Counted from the first letter of the stretch, positions 1 through 17,858 are shown. The stretch: 64,000 bases of DNA from Eledone cirrhosa (GCA_964016885.1 OZ024742.1:308078001-308142000), one strand, 5' to 3'. The notes: generated by a model not told the origin, from the letters alone. Numbers and translations are program-made.

Positions 1-1790
<1,790 letters not shown>

Positions 1791-1925
1791 TGGAATAAAT
1801 GCTCTGAAATAGCGATATATATGTGAATATAGACATAGAATATTCGAAAATATTCTGTATGTTTATAATAAACATTTTGAAGACCTAATCGCTATAGAAT
1901 AGAATACGTCACGTATTACAATTAG

Positions 1926-2014
1926 ATTCTCGATAAAAGCAAGGGAAGTAATCTACGCGTTTCATTCTTGTTAGAATTCATCAGGACTACATATCCAGTG
2001 CTTTTATCGAGAAT
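1926..2014 (-). ncRNA. Type I hammerhead ribozyme (inverted copy of the 310-bp unit)
   Basis: Exact reverse complement of 2391-2479. Confidence 0.85.
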
Positions 2015-2390
2015 GACACAGCTAGAGACTTATAGAATACTTAGCTGTGTACAGGAACTGGTTTGAAAGAGCGGTTGCCGGTCCGGCAGAAATTAGAAAT
2101 TGGAATAAATGCTCTGAATTCTAACAAGAATGAAACGCGTAGATTACTTCCCTTGCTTTTATCGAGAATCTAATTGTAATACGTGACGTATTCTATTCTA
2201 TAGCGATTAGGTCTTCAAAATGTTTATTATAAACATACAGAATATTTTCGAATATTCTATGTCTATATTCACATATATATCGCTATTTCAGAGCATTTAT
2301 TCCAATTTCTAATTTCTGCCGGACCGGCAACCGCTCTTTCAAACCAGTTCCTGTACACAGCTAAGTATTCTATAAGTCTCTAGCTGTGTC

Positions 2391-2479
2391 ATTCTCGATA
2401 AAAGCACTGGATATGTAGTCCTGATGAATTCTAACAAGAATGAAACGCGTAGATTACTTCCCTTGCTTTTATCGAGAAT
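2391..2479 (+). ncRNA. Type I hammerhead ribozyme
   Basis: gtagtc-CTGATGA-attct(aaca)agaat-GAAA-cgcg-TA-gattac. Distal stem I is a perfect 16 bp (attctcgataaaagca/tgcttttatcgagaat). Predicted cleavage after GUA at 2451. Confidence 0.9.
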
Positions 2480-2700
2480 CTAATTGTAATACGTGACGTA
2501 TTCTATTCTATAGCGATTAGGTCTTCAAAATGTTTATTATAAACATACAGAATATTTTCGAATATTCTATGTCTATATTCACATATATATCGCTATTTCA
2601 GAGCATTTATTCCAATTTCTAATTTCTGCCGGACCGGCAACCGCTCTTTCAAACCAGTTCCTGTACACAGCTAAGTATTCTATAAGTCTCTAGCTGTGTC

Positions 2701-2789
2701 ATTCTCGATAAAAGCACTGGATATGTAGTCCTGATGAATTCTAACAAGAATGAAACGCGTAGATTACTTCCCTTGCTTTTATCGAGAAT
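2701..2789 (+). ncRNA. Type I hammerhead ribozyme (second tandem copy)
   Basis: Identical to 2391-2479 shifted by 310; predicted cleavage after 2761. Confidence 0.9.
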
Positions 2790-2988
2790 CTAATTGTAAT
2801 ACGTGACGTATTCTATTCTATAGCGATTAGGTCTTCAAAATGTTTATTATAAACATACAGAATATTTTCGAATATTCTATGTCTATATTCACATATATAT
2901 CGCTATTTCAGAGCATTTATTCCAATTTCTAATTTCTGCCGGACCGGCAACCGCTCTTTCAAACCAGTTCCTGTACACAGCTAAGTAT

Positions 2989-3188
2989 NNNNNNNNNNNN
3001 NNNNNNNNNNNNNNNNNNNNNNNNNNNNNNNNNNNNNNNNNNNNNNNNNNNNNNNNNNNNNNNNNNNNNNNNNNNNNNNNNNNNNNNNNNNNNNNNNNNN
3101 NNNNNNNNNNNNNNNNNNNNNNNNNNNNNNNNNNNNNNNNNNNNNNNNNNNNNNNNNNNNNNNNNNNNNNNNNNNNNNNNNNNNNNNN
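2989..3188. other. Assembly gap (200 N)
   Basis: Run of n. Confidence 1.
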
Positions 3189-3557
3189 AGAAACCCAAAA
3201 CCACATGGTTCCGAATCGAACTATTTAACCCCACTACAATTACAGAGATGAAAATAGATTTTTAAATTTTTATATTTAAATCTACTCCTTCAGGGGTCAA
3301 AAATGTAAACTACGAGTTAAGTTCTGGGGTTGATTTAATCACCTTTGCACCTTCCCAAATATCTCTTGCTTGAACCCAAACCCACATGATTGCAAATCAA
3401 ACTCTTAAAACCCACTACCATCTCAGAGATAAGATAGATTTTAATATTTAAATCTACTCCTTCAGGGGTCAATAATTTAGACTTACCAGTCAGGTTCTGG
3501 GGTTGATTTAATCAACTTTGCTCTTTTCCAAAGATCTCTGTGCCTAAATTAGAAATC
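3189..3557 (+). repeat. Two diverged ~182-bp tandem units containing a decayed SINE 3' half
   Basis: aacccaaa-ccacatg...tatttaaatctactccttcaggggtcaa...gttctggggttgatttaatca occurs twice, and resembles the SINE body at 38990-39100. Confidence 0.7.
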
Positions 3558-4719
3558 TATAAATGTGGAAGATTGGCAGAATCGATTGCCTACAATACCA
3601 TGACAGTAGCTGTTCTGGCTTGTTAGATTCTGAGTTTAATTCTCGACGATGTCTAGATGTCTACCTGATACCATATTGGCTCCTTACTAGGTGCTCTAAC
3701 AGTGTGTGTATCTACCAGATTTTCAATTAGAATCTGCAACAGACCGAAATAACATGAATTATAATTTTAAAATTCATTTACGTTTTATAGTAAGTAGAAA
3801 GTGACGTATGCTCAATGATGTATAATGGAATGTAACCATGCTTTCTAAATGCATGGACATAAACTTAAACAAATCTAATTTCCCAAATTCACCTCTCGAT
3901 GAAATAGATATGAGTGAAATTTGTTTACCGGCAAATATTCGGAAGCTTTTTGAGGGGGTTAGGATGACCTTTCCTGCCGTTGCGTGTTAGATTAAAACCT
4001 TCACCGTTTTTATCAATGTCACCTGACGCAGCGTTATCTTTAGAGGAGTCAACACCAATGTAAGCATTCAGAAGAGGTTTCTAGTTCGAGGAAAACCTCT
4101 TATCTTCTTTATCTCAGCTTTAAAGACTGAAAAAATCCTCATGGGTGCTGCTTTTCCTAATTCTGTTTATTTTCATAGAACAACACCATCATCAACTAGC
4201 GAAAAGAAAGTATTGTATGTCCAAGGTAGATAATGAAATCATGTGATTACATATTTATATTGAGTGGATTCAGTGGTTTAAATATCTGTAGGTTTTTGTT
4301 GATGATTGAGCTTTCTATTATTTTTATGCTTTGTAATACATACAAAAAAGACACACAAAAATAAGAATCACACATACATCGCAAATGTATATTAACAGAA
4401 TAGAACAAATGCTTAACAATAACGGGACATAGTAATAATTCAGTAGACTAAGCTATACATGACACAAATTGGACACAATAGACACAATATGCAGGAAAAC
4501 AGTAAGTCTGAACAAATGTTTAATAAGCGTATCACATGAACCAAATGCACTTTGAGTATGGAATAGTCGATCACCTTATCAACAGGCAGAAGAAGTAGAT
4601 CATATACAATGTATGAAATCTATGCAATGGATTGCAGAGATTGCATATATGCATTACATCTTGTAAAAATATATAACATTAATAATATATGGCACACGTT
4701 TACACACGTAAATAGATAT

Positions 4720-8248
<3,529 letters not shown>

Positions 8249-8249
<1 letters not shown>

Positions 8250-8306
8250 TGTGTGTGCATCCTTATATCTCTGTATGCCTGTATGTATTTATGTATGTAT
8301 TTGTAG

Positions 8307-8370
<64 letters not shown>

Positions 8371-8437
8371 CTACAAATACATATATACATACATAAATAC
8401 ATACAGGCATACAGAGATATAAGGATGCACACACACA
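8249..8437. repeat. Palindrome centred on a (TA)n run
   Basis: gtgtgtgcatccttatatctctgtatgcctgtatg...gtagatttattta is mirrored by taaataaatctac...catacaggcatacagagatataaggatgcacacac. Confidence 0.9.
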
Positions 8438-8659
8438 CACACGCACACATACATCATACACAATCACCCATAGAGTCACAAACAATTATTAGCGTGTTTG
8501 TGTGTGTCAGTATATACACATGCCTCTGGATGTTCGTGTGTATGTGTTAAAGTGTGTGCTAAAAGCTGCAATACTTGTGTACAGCACGCTAGATGAAGCC
8601 GTGTACTGCAGCACACTGCTGGTAGACAGCTAACAACAACACAGATTATAACAACATCG

Positions 8660-8983
8660 AAGGCACTCCGTCGGTTACGACGATGAGTGTTTCAGTTGAT
8701 CCGGTCAATGGAACAGCCTGCTTGTGAAATTAACGTGCAAGAGGCTGAGTATTCTATAGATATACGTACCCTTTATTAATTCTCAGGAAGATTCAGTGTG
8801 ACACTGTATGTGACAAGGCCGGTCTTTCGAACTACAGGTAGAACTCATTTTTGCCAGCTGAGTGAACTGGAGCAAAGTGAAATAAAGTGTCTTGCTCAAG
8901 GACACAACATACCGGAGGGAATCAAACTCATGACATTACGATTGTGAGCTGAATAACATATCCACAAAGCCACGCGCCTTCAC
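8660..8983 (-). mobile_element. tRNA-derived SINE, family 2
   Basis: Minus strand starts gtgaaggcgcgtggct, then a B-box-like region and ttgtgtccttgagcaagacactttatttcac. Related copies at 18364, 28559 and 43380. Confidence 0.8.
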
Positions 8984-9035
8984 AACGACCACAACAACAA
9001 CAGAAACACCATCAACAATATTTACAATACATGCA

Positions 9036-9482
9036 ACAGAGGTGTCACAAAAGCCAGCTGTTCTATCATAAAATAGCAGAAGCGGCACAGGATCCAGCTT
9101 TCGTGCTATAATAGTAGAGGCGGCACAGAAGCCAGCTGATGTGCGAGAAAAAAGCTTAGGCGACTCAACAGCCAACTCATGTGTCATAAAACAGCTGTAG
9201 CATCAAAGGAGCCAACTTACGTGTCATAGAAGAGCACAGGTGGTACATGAGCCATCTTCTGAGCTGAAAAAAAAGTGTAGTGGTGGGACAGGAGCCAGAC
9301 TATTAGACAAAAATCAACAAAAGTGGCACATACGATAGCTGCTGAGCTGTAAAACAGCAGAGGCGGCATAGGTACCAGCTGATGCGCCATAAAACAGCAA
9401 GAGCAAGACAAGAGCCAATTGATGTGCAATAAAACTGCAAAGGCGGCACAGGTGCCCGCTGTGGCCCCATAAAATTGCAGAT
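9036..9482 (+). repeat. Degenerate ~40-bp minisatellite, ~11 units
   Basis: Consensus close to agcagaggcggcacaggagccagctgatgtgccataaaac. Confidence 0.75.
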
Positions 9483-9529
9483 GCTCGCAACTTAATTTTA
9501 ACAGCATTAACACTAGCAACAGCCATAAG

Positions 9530-9557
9530 GTAACAACAACAACAACAGTACTAGTAT

Positions 9558-9591
<34 letters not shown>

Positions 9592-9605
9592 TGTAGTAGT
9601 AATAA

Positions 9606-9658
<53 letters not shown>

Positions 9659-9990
9659 ACAGCAACAGAAGCAGCAGTAGCAGCAGCAGCAAAAACAACA
9701 ACAATATCAGGAATAACATCAACGGCAGCAACAATAACAACAGCAATAACACCAACATAAGCAGCAGTAAAAACAACAGCAACAACAATAACAGCAGCAG
9801 TAACAGCAGCAACAATAACAGCAACAGCATCATCAAGATAAATAGTGTTGTCATCACAGTAATAATAAGAACAACAGCAACTGCAGCAGCAATAAAAACA
9901 ATAGCAACAACATTACGTATAATAACAATTCCTACAACAATAATACTATTATTAACACCGGTACTGCAACAACAGTAACAAGAACTACAA
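9530..9990. repeat. Mixed AAC/AGT/AGC trinucleotide repeat
   Basis: Direct reading. Confidence 0.9.
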
Positions 9991-9995
9991 TTATA

Positions 9996-10210
9996 AAGCC
10001 CCTATGTGGTGACTTGATCTGCTACATATAGCAGCCAACTCTTCCATGAAATTCAGTATGCTGCCTTGGGGAAAAGAAACGGCATATTGGATAGTATAGT
10101 TCCTGTTAGGTATCCCCTCACCCCTAAAAAGACAGTGTGGTAAGAGTTGGACACCCTTTGAATACAAGTTAACTGGATTTGCGTGTTCGCCTAGGGTTAA
10201 ACAAAAATAA
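9996..10210 (+). mobile_element. Old SINE-like repeat, family 3
   Basis: ctatgtggt...ctgcta.atatagcagccaa.tct matches the reverse complement of 39630-39675. Further decayed copies near 42140, 48085 and 62160. Confidence 0.55.
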
Positions 10211-10246
10211 TATAAGGGCGATTGATATATATATATATATATATAT

Positions 10247-10444
10247 AAAACAAAGGAATTGTGGTAAGGAACCAGATGGACCATTACGCACCAGAGTACT
10301 CAATACTTAGGGTAGTAGAGTGGGAAATAGGAAAAAGTATGACCCCGACGGCAGAGCTCAAGACGTTTCGACGGCTATTTCTGGACTCAGAAATAGCCGT
10401 CGAAACGGCTTGAGCTCTGCCGTCGGGGTCATACTTTTTCCTAT
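10247..10444 (-). mobile_element. Fold-back element family A (80-bp tail + 57-bp-arm hairpin) in (TA)n
   Basis: Arms 10327-10383 and 10388-10444, loop GACT, one mismatch; TA runs on both sides. Confidence 0.85.
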
Positions 10445-10566
10445 ATATATATATATATATTGCTATTGGAACGGCCGGAGCTCAGACGTTGGTGTCCTGA
10501 ATTTTTTCATACATACATACATACATACATACATACAGGCACATACACACACATACACGCGCGCAT

Positions 10567-10632
<66 letters not shown>

Positions 10633-10636
<4 letters not shown>

Positions 10637-10723
10637 GTTTCTACTTTTGGCACAAGGCCAGCAATAACCCAGTATATTACTGGTACTTTATTTTATCGAC
10701 CCCGTAAGGATGAAAGGCAAAGT
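10633..10723 (-). mobile_element. SINE family 1, 3' fragment
   Basis: aattgtttctacttttggcacaaggccagcaat...ctggtactttattttatcgaccccgtaaggatgaaaggcaaag. Confidence 0.8.
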
Positions 10724-10753
10724 TATATATAATAAAATATAATAATATATGCA

Positions 10754-10806
<53 letters not shown>

Positions 10807-10826
10807 GTATATATATATATATGTAC

Positions 10827-10857
<31 letters not shown>

Positions 10858-10859
10858 TA

Positions 10860-11310
10860 ACAACTATTAACACTACTACTATTACTGCTGCTGCTACTAC
10901 TAACTCCGTCAGTGTAAACAGCTGCAGTAGCGGCAGCATTCGAAAGAACAGCAGCAGCAGTAATATCGCCGTTACCACCACAAACATCACCAACGACAAC
11001 CACAGCTACACACACCCGCAACCACTAGAAGCAGGAACCACAGCAGAAGCAATGGTAACAGCAACACCGCCATCAGCACCACCACAACTAGCCTTCATTA
11101 CTACGTCCCTTATACAAGCAGCAGCAGCGTCAGCAGCAACAGTAGCAGCAGCAGCAGCGACAGTGAAACCATCATGAGTTGCAACAGCAGCACTAGCTGA
11201 AGCAACAGCAATAGTAATACGATCAGCTGAAGCAGCAGCAGCAGCAGCATGTGAAGCAGCAGGCAGAACAGCAGCAGCATGTGTAGCTGCAGCAATCTGT
11301 AGTAGCACAC
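10860..11310. repeat. Degenerate CAG/CAA/ACT trinucleotide region
   Basis: Direct reading. Confidence 0.8.
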
Positions 11311-11427
11311 ACCAAACAAACGAGAGTGAAATTTCCCATTGTTAAAATACACACACTTGTAGAAATGGAATATTGGAATAGTTGGGAGGGGAGATAACTA
11401 TCATCCGACTCCTACCGAGAAACAGAA

Positions 11428-11458
<31 letters not shown>

Positions 11459-11614
11459 CACTCTCTCTCTCTCTCTCTTTGTATATAAATATATATATAT
11501 ACATATATATATATATAATTATATATATATACACATATATATATATATACATATATACACATATATATATATATATATATATACATATATACACATATAT
11601 ATATATATGTATAT

Positions 11615-11647
<33 letters not shown>

Positions 11648-11730
11648 CATACATATATATATACATACATATATATATATATATATATACATATATATAT
11701 ACATACATATATATATATACATATATATAT

Positions 11731-11773
<43 letters not shown>

Positions 11774-11790
11774 TATATATATATACACCC

Positions 11791-11861
<71 letters not shown>

Positions 11862-12191
11862 AATATACATATATATATATAGGAACTTATATTAAAATTT
11901 AAAGGCGGAACTATTGCACGTTTCTAAATATTGAGCTTGAAATTGCAATAAAATATGACTATATTCTAGAAATAGGTATTGAGTACCCATTTAAACCTGG
12001 GCGTCATATATATATGGAAGAAACAATTGTCAACAAATAAATGTTCTAAACTAAAATTTGACCGTTTTAACACTTTGTATATATATATGCATACATACAT
12101 ACATTTTTCTTCCCCTATGTTTATCATTTACTCCTTTACACGCAATAGAACTTCTCCTGCATTCCGTACCATTAGGCCGAGGTTCTACCGA

Positions 12192-12378
12192 TAATAATTG
12201 TTTCTCCTTTTGGCACAAGGCCAGCAATTACCCCAGTGCATTACTGGTACTTTATTTTATCGATCCCGTAAGGATGAAAGGCAAAGTCAACCTCGGCGGG
12301 ATTTGAACTCAGATCGTAAAGGGACGTAACTATGCTGGAAAGCATGTCTGACCCTCTACCGATACTGCCAATCCACCG
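12192..12378 (-). mobile_element. tRNA-derived SINE family 1 (Nin-type central domain), near full length
   Basis: Minus strand: cggtggattggcagtatcggtaga (A box), gagttcaaatcccgccgagg (B box), ctttgcctttcatccttacggg, ATT tail. Confidence 0.85.
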
Positions 12379-13794
12379 TTTAATAGTAATGGTAAGTAAT
12401 AATAAATACAGTCATGAACGTAATGAAAAATGCTGATAATTAGAATATAACTGGTGTTTATAGTATAATTGAGTTGAATATGTGTGTATATTATTGTTGA
12501 GAAGAGAAGTAACAGAGCTGAATAAGACTGAAAGAAGAAAACAATGAAATTAAAAGCAACTAAAAGAAAATAGAAACGAAGAAGAAGGGAAGAAAGGTAG
12601 AACCAATAAATAAATAAATAAATAATTAAAATAAAATAAAATAAAATAAAATAAAATAAAAGAGGAATTCGATGCGAAAGAAGAAAAAGTAGGGTGAGGA
12701 AGTAGGAGTGGAAGGAAGTCAAACATTAAAAGAGTAGGAGTAGCGGGAATGAGCAGAAGGGTGGGAAAAGGGAAGTAGAAGTAGTAGGAGGAGGAAGCGA
12801 ACTGTGGAGGAAACAAGTGTGTGTAAGCGTGCCTGTGTCGTACTGGCAACTGCTGGCAATATCAATTTACATTATCAGCAGTCGATTTCACCTTAATATG
12901 CACGCAGAGAAGACGAACACGCCGATGCGATTACACAAGCGAGCATTTCCATATAAATGCGCTGGCCATATGAACTAGCATTACGACAAAGGAGTAAATT
13001 CCGCACTGTAAAAACCATACACAGAAAAAAAGAATATTTATAATATATTGCACGTGTGTATGTGTGTGAGAGTGTTGTTTATTTACGACAACTTTTTTGA
13101 TTTAAATCAACAAATATTTTGTAGGCATCATATCAAAAGAAAGATTTCTGATATTTTCTGTATCACTGTTTGACAGAATATCGACGCACTGGAGTAACAT
13201 TCATTGTCAATCTATTTAGATGTGATTCGCCTTCCTACGTATGCCTATCTCTACATCTGTATGTATACAACTTGAAAATTGCACCTGTTTAACACAACAT
13301 TATATCACATAATTTCACATATATAGATTTAAATGCATGTGTTCGTCTGTAGTTACATTCTCATAAAAAATATTTACATATGATTTCGCCAATATCCGTT
13401 TGAAATTACTACTATCAGAGAATAGCTGCGGAGAAGTATACTTCGGTGAAGTCACTCAATTTGGTCAATACCACATCTTATTTATTGCTGTTGCTACATA
13501 ATTTATGTTACATACTTCTTGAGCATAAATATAAATACATATTTTTACATGAGTATATATATATATTTATATATATATATACATACATGTATATATCTTT
13601 TTGTTCGTATTCACTGTTAAATATATTTATATACACACATTAACGTATATTATATACATTAATATATATAGACATAAACACATACACATACATTTGACAA
13701 ATACAAATAAAAGGCCAACACACTACGAGCAGGGAAACCAATAACTCTATATCGATACGGCGTCAACTGTGCAACTGTAAACATATATATAAAC

Positions 13795-14553
13795 ATGTCG
13801 GAGAAAGTGGCAGATTTTCCTGAAATCCTGGAGATAAATGTTGGAGGAGTGTCTTACACAACTACTTTAAATACATTAAGGAAAGAACCTGATTCTTTAC
13901 TTTCACAGATGTTTTCAAACTCTGGAAAAACGTCGATTTTACGAGATTCCAAAGGAAAGTTTTTTTTGGATCGCGACGGCGTGCTTTTTAGATACATTCT
14001 TGATTACCTACGAAATCAAAAACTGATTCTACCTGAGAATTTTCACGAAAAGGATCGTCTGAAGACAGAAGCTGAATTTTTCCGTCTGCCAAACTTGGTT
14101 CGCAATCTTTCTACAATAAGTTTAGCTAAATCTATAGGACAATCGCCAAATGTGTGCTGTAACGGGTTGATAACTGGCAAGCAGCCTGGTTATATTACTG
14201 TTGGATATCGCGGGACATTTGCCTTTGGGAGGGATGGGCTTGCCGACGTCAAATTCCGAAAGCTTGCCAGAATAATTGTCTGTGGGAAGGTATCTCTCTG
14301 TCGAGAGGTATTCCAAGATACTTTGAATGAAAGTCGGGACCCTGATCGTGGAACAGAAGACCGGTATACGTCTCGATTTTTTCTCAAACACACTTTCTTG
14401 GAACAGGCATTTGACATGCTTGTAGAACAGGGGTTTTACTTGGCTGGTTCCTGTGGCTCCGGTACAAATAGTGCCGGAGAAATCAAGCCAGGACTTGACA
14501 CGGAAGAATCAAAATGGCAGCATTATAATGAGTTCATTTTTGAACGTCGATGA
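13795..14553 (+). CDS. KCTD12: BTB/POZ (T1-type) domain protein of the KCTD8/12/16 subfamily (GABA-B receptor auxiliary subunit family), single coding exon, 252 aa
   Basis: BTB motifs EINVGG...YTTTLNTL...DSLL..MFS...DSKGKFFLDRDGVLFRYILDYLR, then H1 domain GYITVGYRG...KFRKLARIIVCGK...EVFQDTLNESRDPDR...RYTSRFFLKH.FLEQAFDML. The symbol denotes the subfamily; the gene is likely co-orthologous to KCTD8/12/16. Confidence 0.95.
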   Translation: MSEKVADFPEILEINVGGVSYTTTLNTLRKEPDSLLSQMFSNSGKTSILRDSKGKFFLDRDGVLFRYILDYLRNQKLILPENFHEKDRLKTEAEFFRLPNLVRNLSTISLAKSIGQSPNVCCNGLITGKQPGYITVGYRGTFAFGRDGLADVKFRKLARIIVCGKVSLCREVFQDTLNESRDPDRGTEDRYTSRFFLKHTFLEQAFDMLVEQGFYLAGSCGSGTNSAGEIKPGLDTEESKWQHYNEFIFERR

Positions 14554-15549
14554 AGAGGATTTCCTGGAATATGCACTGAAGTAAATAACCTTAGAAAAAA
14601 AAAACCAGGGCTAAATATATTATTTAAAAGAAGCAGTTGAATAATTCAATGAACAACATACACCAAATACAACCACACATAAACAAAAACATATTTTATA
14701 AAACCCATAAACATAAATATATGTATAAATATATTCACGCACACAACAGTATGAAAACAGCTGAAGTTTAAATCAGCTAAAGAATTGCATAAACTATTTC
14801 AAAGTATTCATCTACACATATCAATAAACAAAATCAATACATTTGAACAATATTTGTTATATTATATATCAAGCAAAATGTAAGATATGCCTAGTACCAA
14901 TTGAAAAACCTAAATAAAATAAGAAAATAGAAAGATTGAATACGAAATCAGATCCAGATGCAATTTAATAATATTAGAGCAGAGAAGAGAAGTGAATATA
15001 AGTCCAACATCCATAGCAGAAGCAACATTGGTAACATCATCAACTCAAAGCTGTTTAAAGACAAGTATGTACTTACTATACAATAATATGAATACAAACA
15101 CCCAGTTTACGCCTAGTGATAATAACAATACAGAAAATTACGCTAACAATGTATGCAAACATACACTACAAACATTGATAATATTTGTATAGAACAATGA
15201 GGAAAGAAAGTGTTGAACTAAAAAAAAAACGTAGACCTTTTAATATACATCCATGTTTAAGTAATTCCCAGGAAATGCTTATTTAACAAAGTCTGGCTGT
15301 AATTCATAGCAGTTTCCGTCATGTGCTGTGCTTCCCTTTTTTGGCACTTTAGACCATCGTCAAAATGAATGGGGTGAACTTAAAAGGAAAATTGAAGAAA
15401 AAGATGGCAGATGATATGAATTTCATAGGACTTTTACACGTTAAATTTGAGAAAAATATGTTTAACTTCACAAATCCAACGGTAAAATAAGTTTCTAAAA
15501 ACCGGACTATCAAAGTAAGTAAATTTCTATAAATGTATCTTCAACACTT

Positions 15550-15767
15550 GTATATATATATATATATATATATATAACATATATAATATATATATATAAT
15601 ATATATAATATATATATATAATATATATAATATATATATATAATATATATATATAATATATATAATATATATATATAATATATATATATAATATATATAA
15701 TATATATATATAATATATATAATATATATATATAATATATATAATATATATATATAATATATATAAT

Positions 15768-15820
<53 letters not shown>

Positions 15821-15833
15821 ATATATATATATG

Positions 15834-15864
<31 letters not shown>
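15550..15864. repeat. (TA)n tract with TAA interruptions
   Basis: Direct reading. Confidence 0.95.
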
Positions 15865-16162
15865 CCCAATGTCAACATATCTCAATACATACGACACAAG
15901 CTCAGACACTCATGCAACCAAGTGAAACAGAATAAAGCAAAACGCAAATACACATACAAAGATATATATAGTTTCGTAAATGTATAAGTAATTAATAGAA
16001 ACAAATACTCAAATGATCATAACATGTATATTTGTATATATATATATGTATGTGAATGTCTGTGCTTATATGTACCTGCATGTCAATTCATGTTCAAGAG
16101 GAGAATATAGGAATATCGATGTATTCAATATTCTATGCTAATACAAATGCATGTAGCCACAC

Positions 16163-16206
<44 letters not shown>

Positions 16207-16209
<3 letters not shown>

Positions 16210-16275
16210 TTATGTAGTAACACGTGTCACGTTCGATAATGAAAAGAAGTATCTTTAATTTAATCTTGGTTCTCT

Positions 16276-16332
<57 letters not shown>

Positions 16333-16419
16333 TATAGAAATGGCTTCTACAGGACTAGAACTATTCCATTCTAGTTAAATCATCAGGACGCATACACACA
16401 CACACACACACACATGTAC

Positions 16420-16453
<34 letters not shown>

Positions 16454-16560
16454 CTGTGTGTGTCTGTGTGTGTCTGTGTGTGTGTGTGTGTGTCTGTGTT
16501 CCGGGTTTTCCTGATGATTTACCTAGAATGGAATAGTTCTAGTCCTGTAGAAGCCATTTC

Positions 16561-16617
<57 letters not shown>

Positions 16618-16684
16618 AGAACCAAGATTAAATTAAAGATACTTCTTTTCATTATCGAACGTGACACGTGTTACTACATAACTT
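16207..16684. repeat. Nested palindrome: module E / TA / module F / microsatellite / F' / TA / E'
   Basis: 16207-16274 is the reverse complement of 16617-16684, and 16333-16388 is the reverse complement of 16509-16564. Confidence 0.9.
16509..16564 (+). mobile_element. Family F short element with a degenerate hammerhead core
   Basis: cCTGATGA-tttacctagaat-GGAA-tagttcta-gtcctgtagaagccatttcta(TA)n. Sister copies at 19222 and 33995 retain GAAA. Confidence 0.6.
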
Positions 16685-16702
16685 ATATATATATATATAT
16701 AT

Positions 16703-17028
<326 letters not shown>

Positions 17029-17286
17029 AAACTATCTTTATCATTACTATTATGAAGATTCTCCGCCATGTGATACACCTTTGGTGTTTATAACAGTAAA
17101 GGCACAACCGCAGGGCAAAGAATCATTATAATAATATCTACACTTAGTGTACTAAGTTGAATATCGGTCTTACTGCTTTTTACTGGTAACACCTCACCTA
17201 TATATTTACTAAGATACATGCATATTTACATACATACACACACAGATACACACACACACATATATATATATATTTATATATATAGT

Positions 17287-17325
<39 letters not shown>

Positions 17326-17431
17326 TATATAGAAAGTAAACATACCATATACGCTTTAATATAAACTACTATTACGAACCCTGCTACATTAGTGTTACTG
17401 CTATAATAAATAAATATATATATATATATTT

Positions 17432-17475
<44 letters not shown>

Positions 17476-17858
17476 GAGTGTGTCTGTATGCGTGTGTAGA
17501 CATGTAGATGTAGGAATGTATCTGAGTATTATACGTCTTCATTTGTTGAGAGTTCCCTGTATTGAATTATGTACATATTGGCGTATGTGCAAACTTGTTA
17601 CACTCTACAAATAATACTTATTCTTTCCATTCTATGACATATATTCCATGTAGATATACTCCCCGTTGTACATGCATTAGAAATGCCTTTTCGTATTCCT
17701 ATGCTGGTGCCTGCGTACGTATGTATGTAAGAACGACAGATGGAGATTACACATTGTTTTGATATATATGAATTTATATGTATATGTAAATACATATAAT
17801 ATATGTACATACATATGTATATGCACAAATATGAATATATTTATATAAACTTATATAT

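Noticed and set aside
9036-9482. CRISPR-like periodicity
   Set aside because: Whole units are degenerate with no constant repeat plus unique spacer, no cas genes, and the context is animal DNA.
9513-11352. Poly-Leu and Ala/Thr-rich ORFs
   Set aside because: Products of trinucleotide repeats; no domain or splice support.
12950-12960. TATA-like catataaatg ~840 bp upstream of the KCTD ATG, and AATAAA at ~14823 and 14913
   Set aside because: Such motifs are expected by chance in DNA this AT-rich; transcript data are needed.
14122-14417. Antisense ORFs over the KCTD gene
   Set aside because: Shadow frames of the real CDS.
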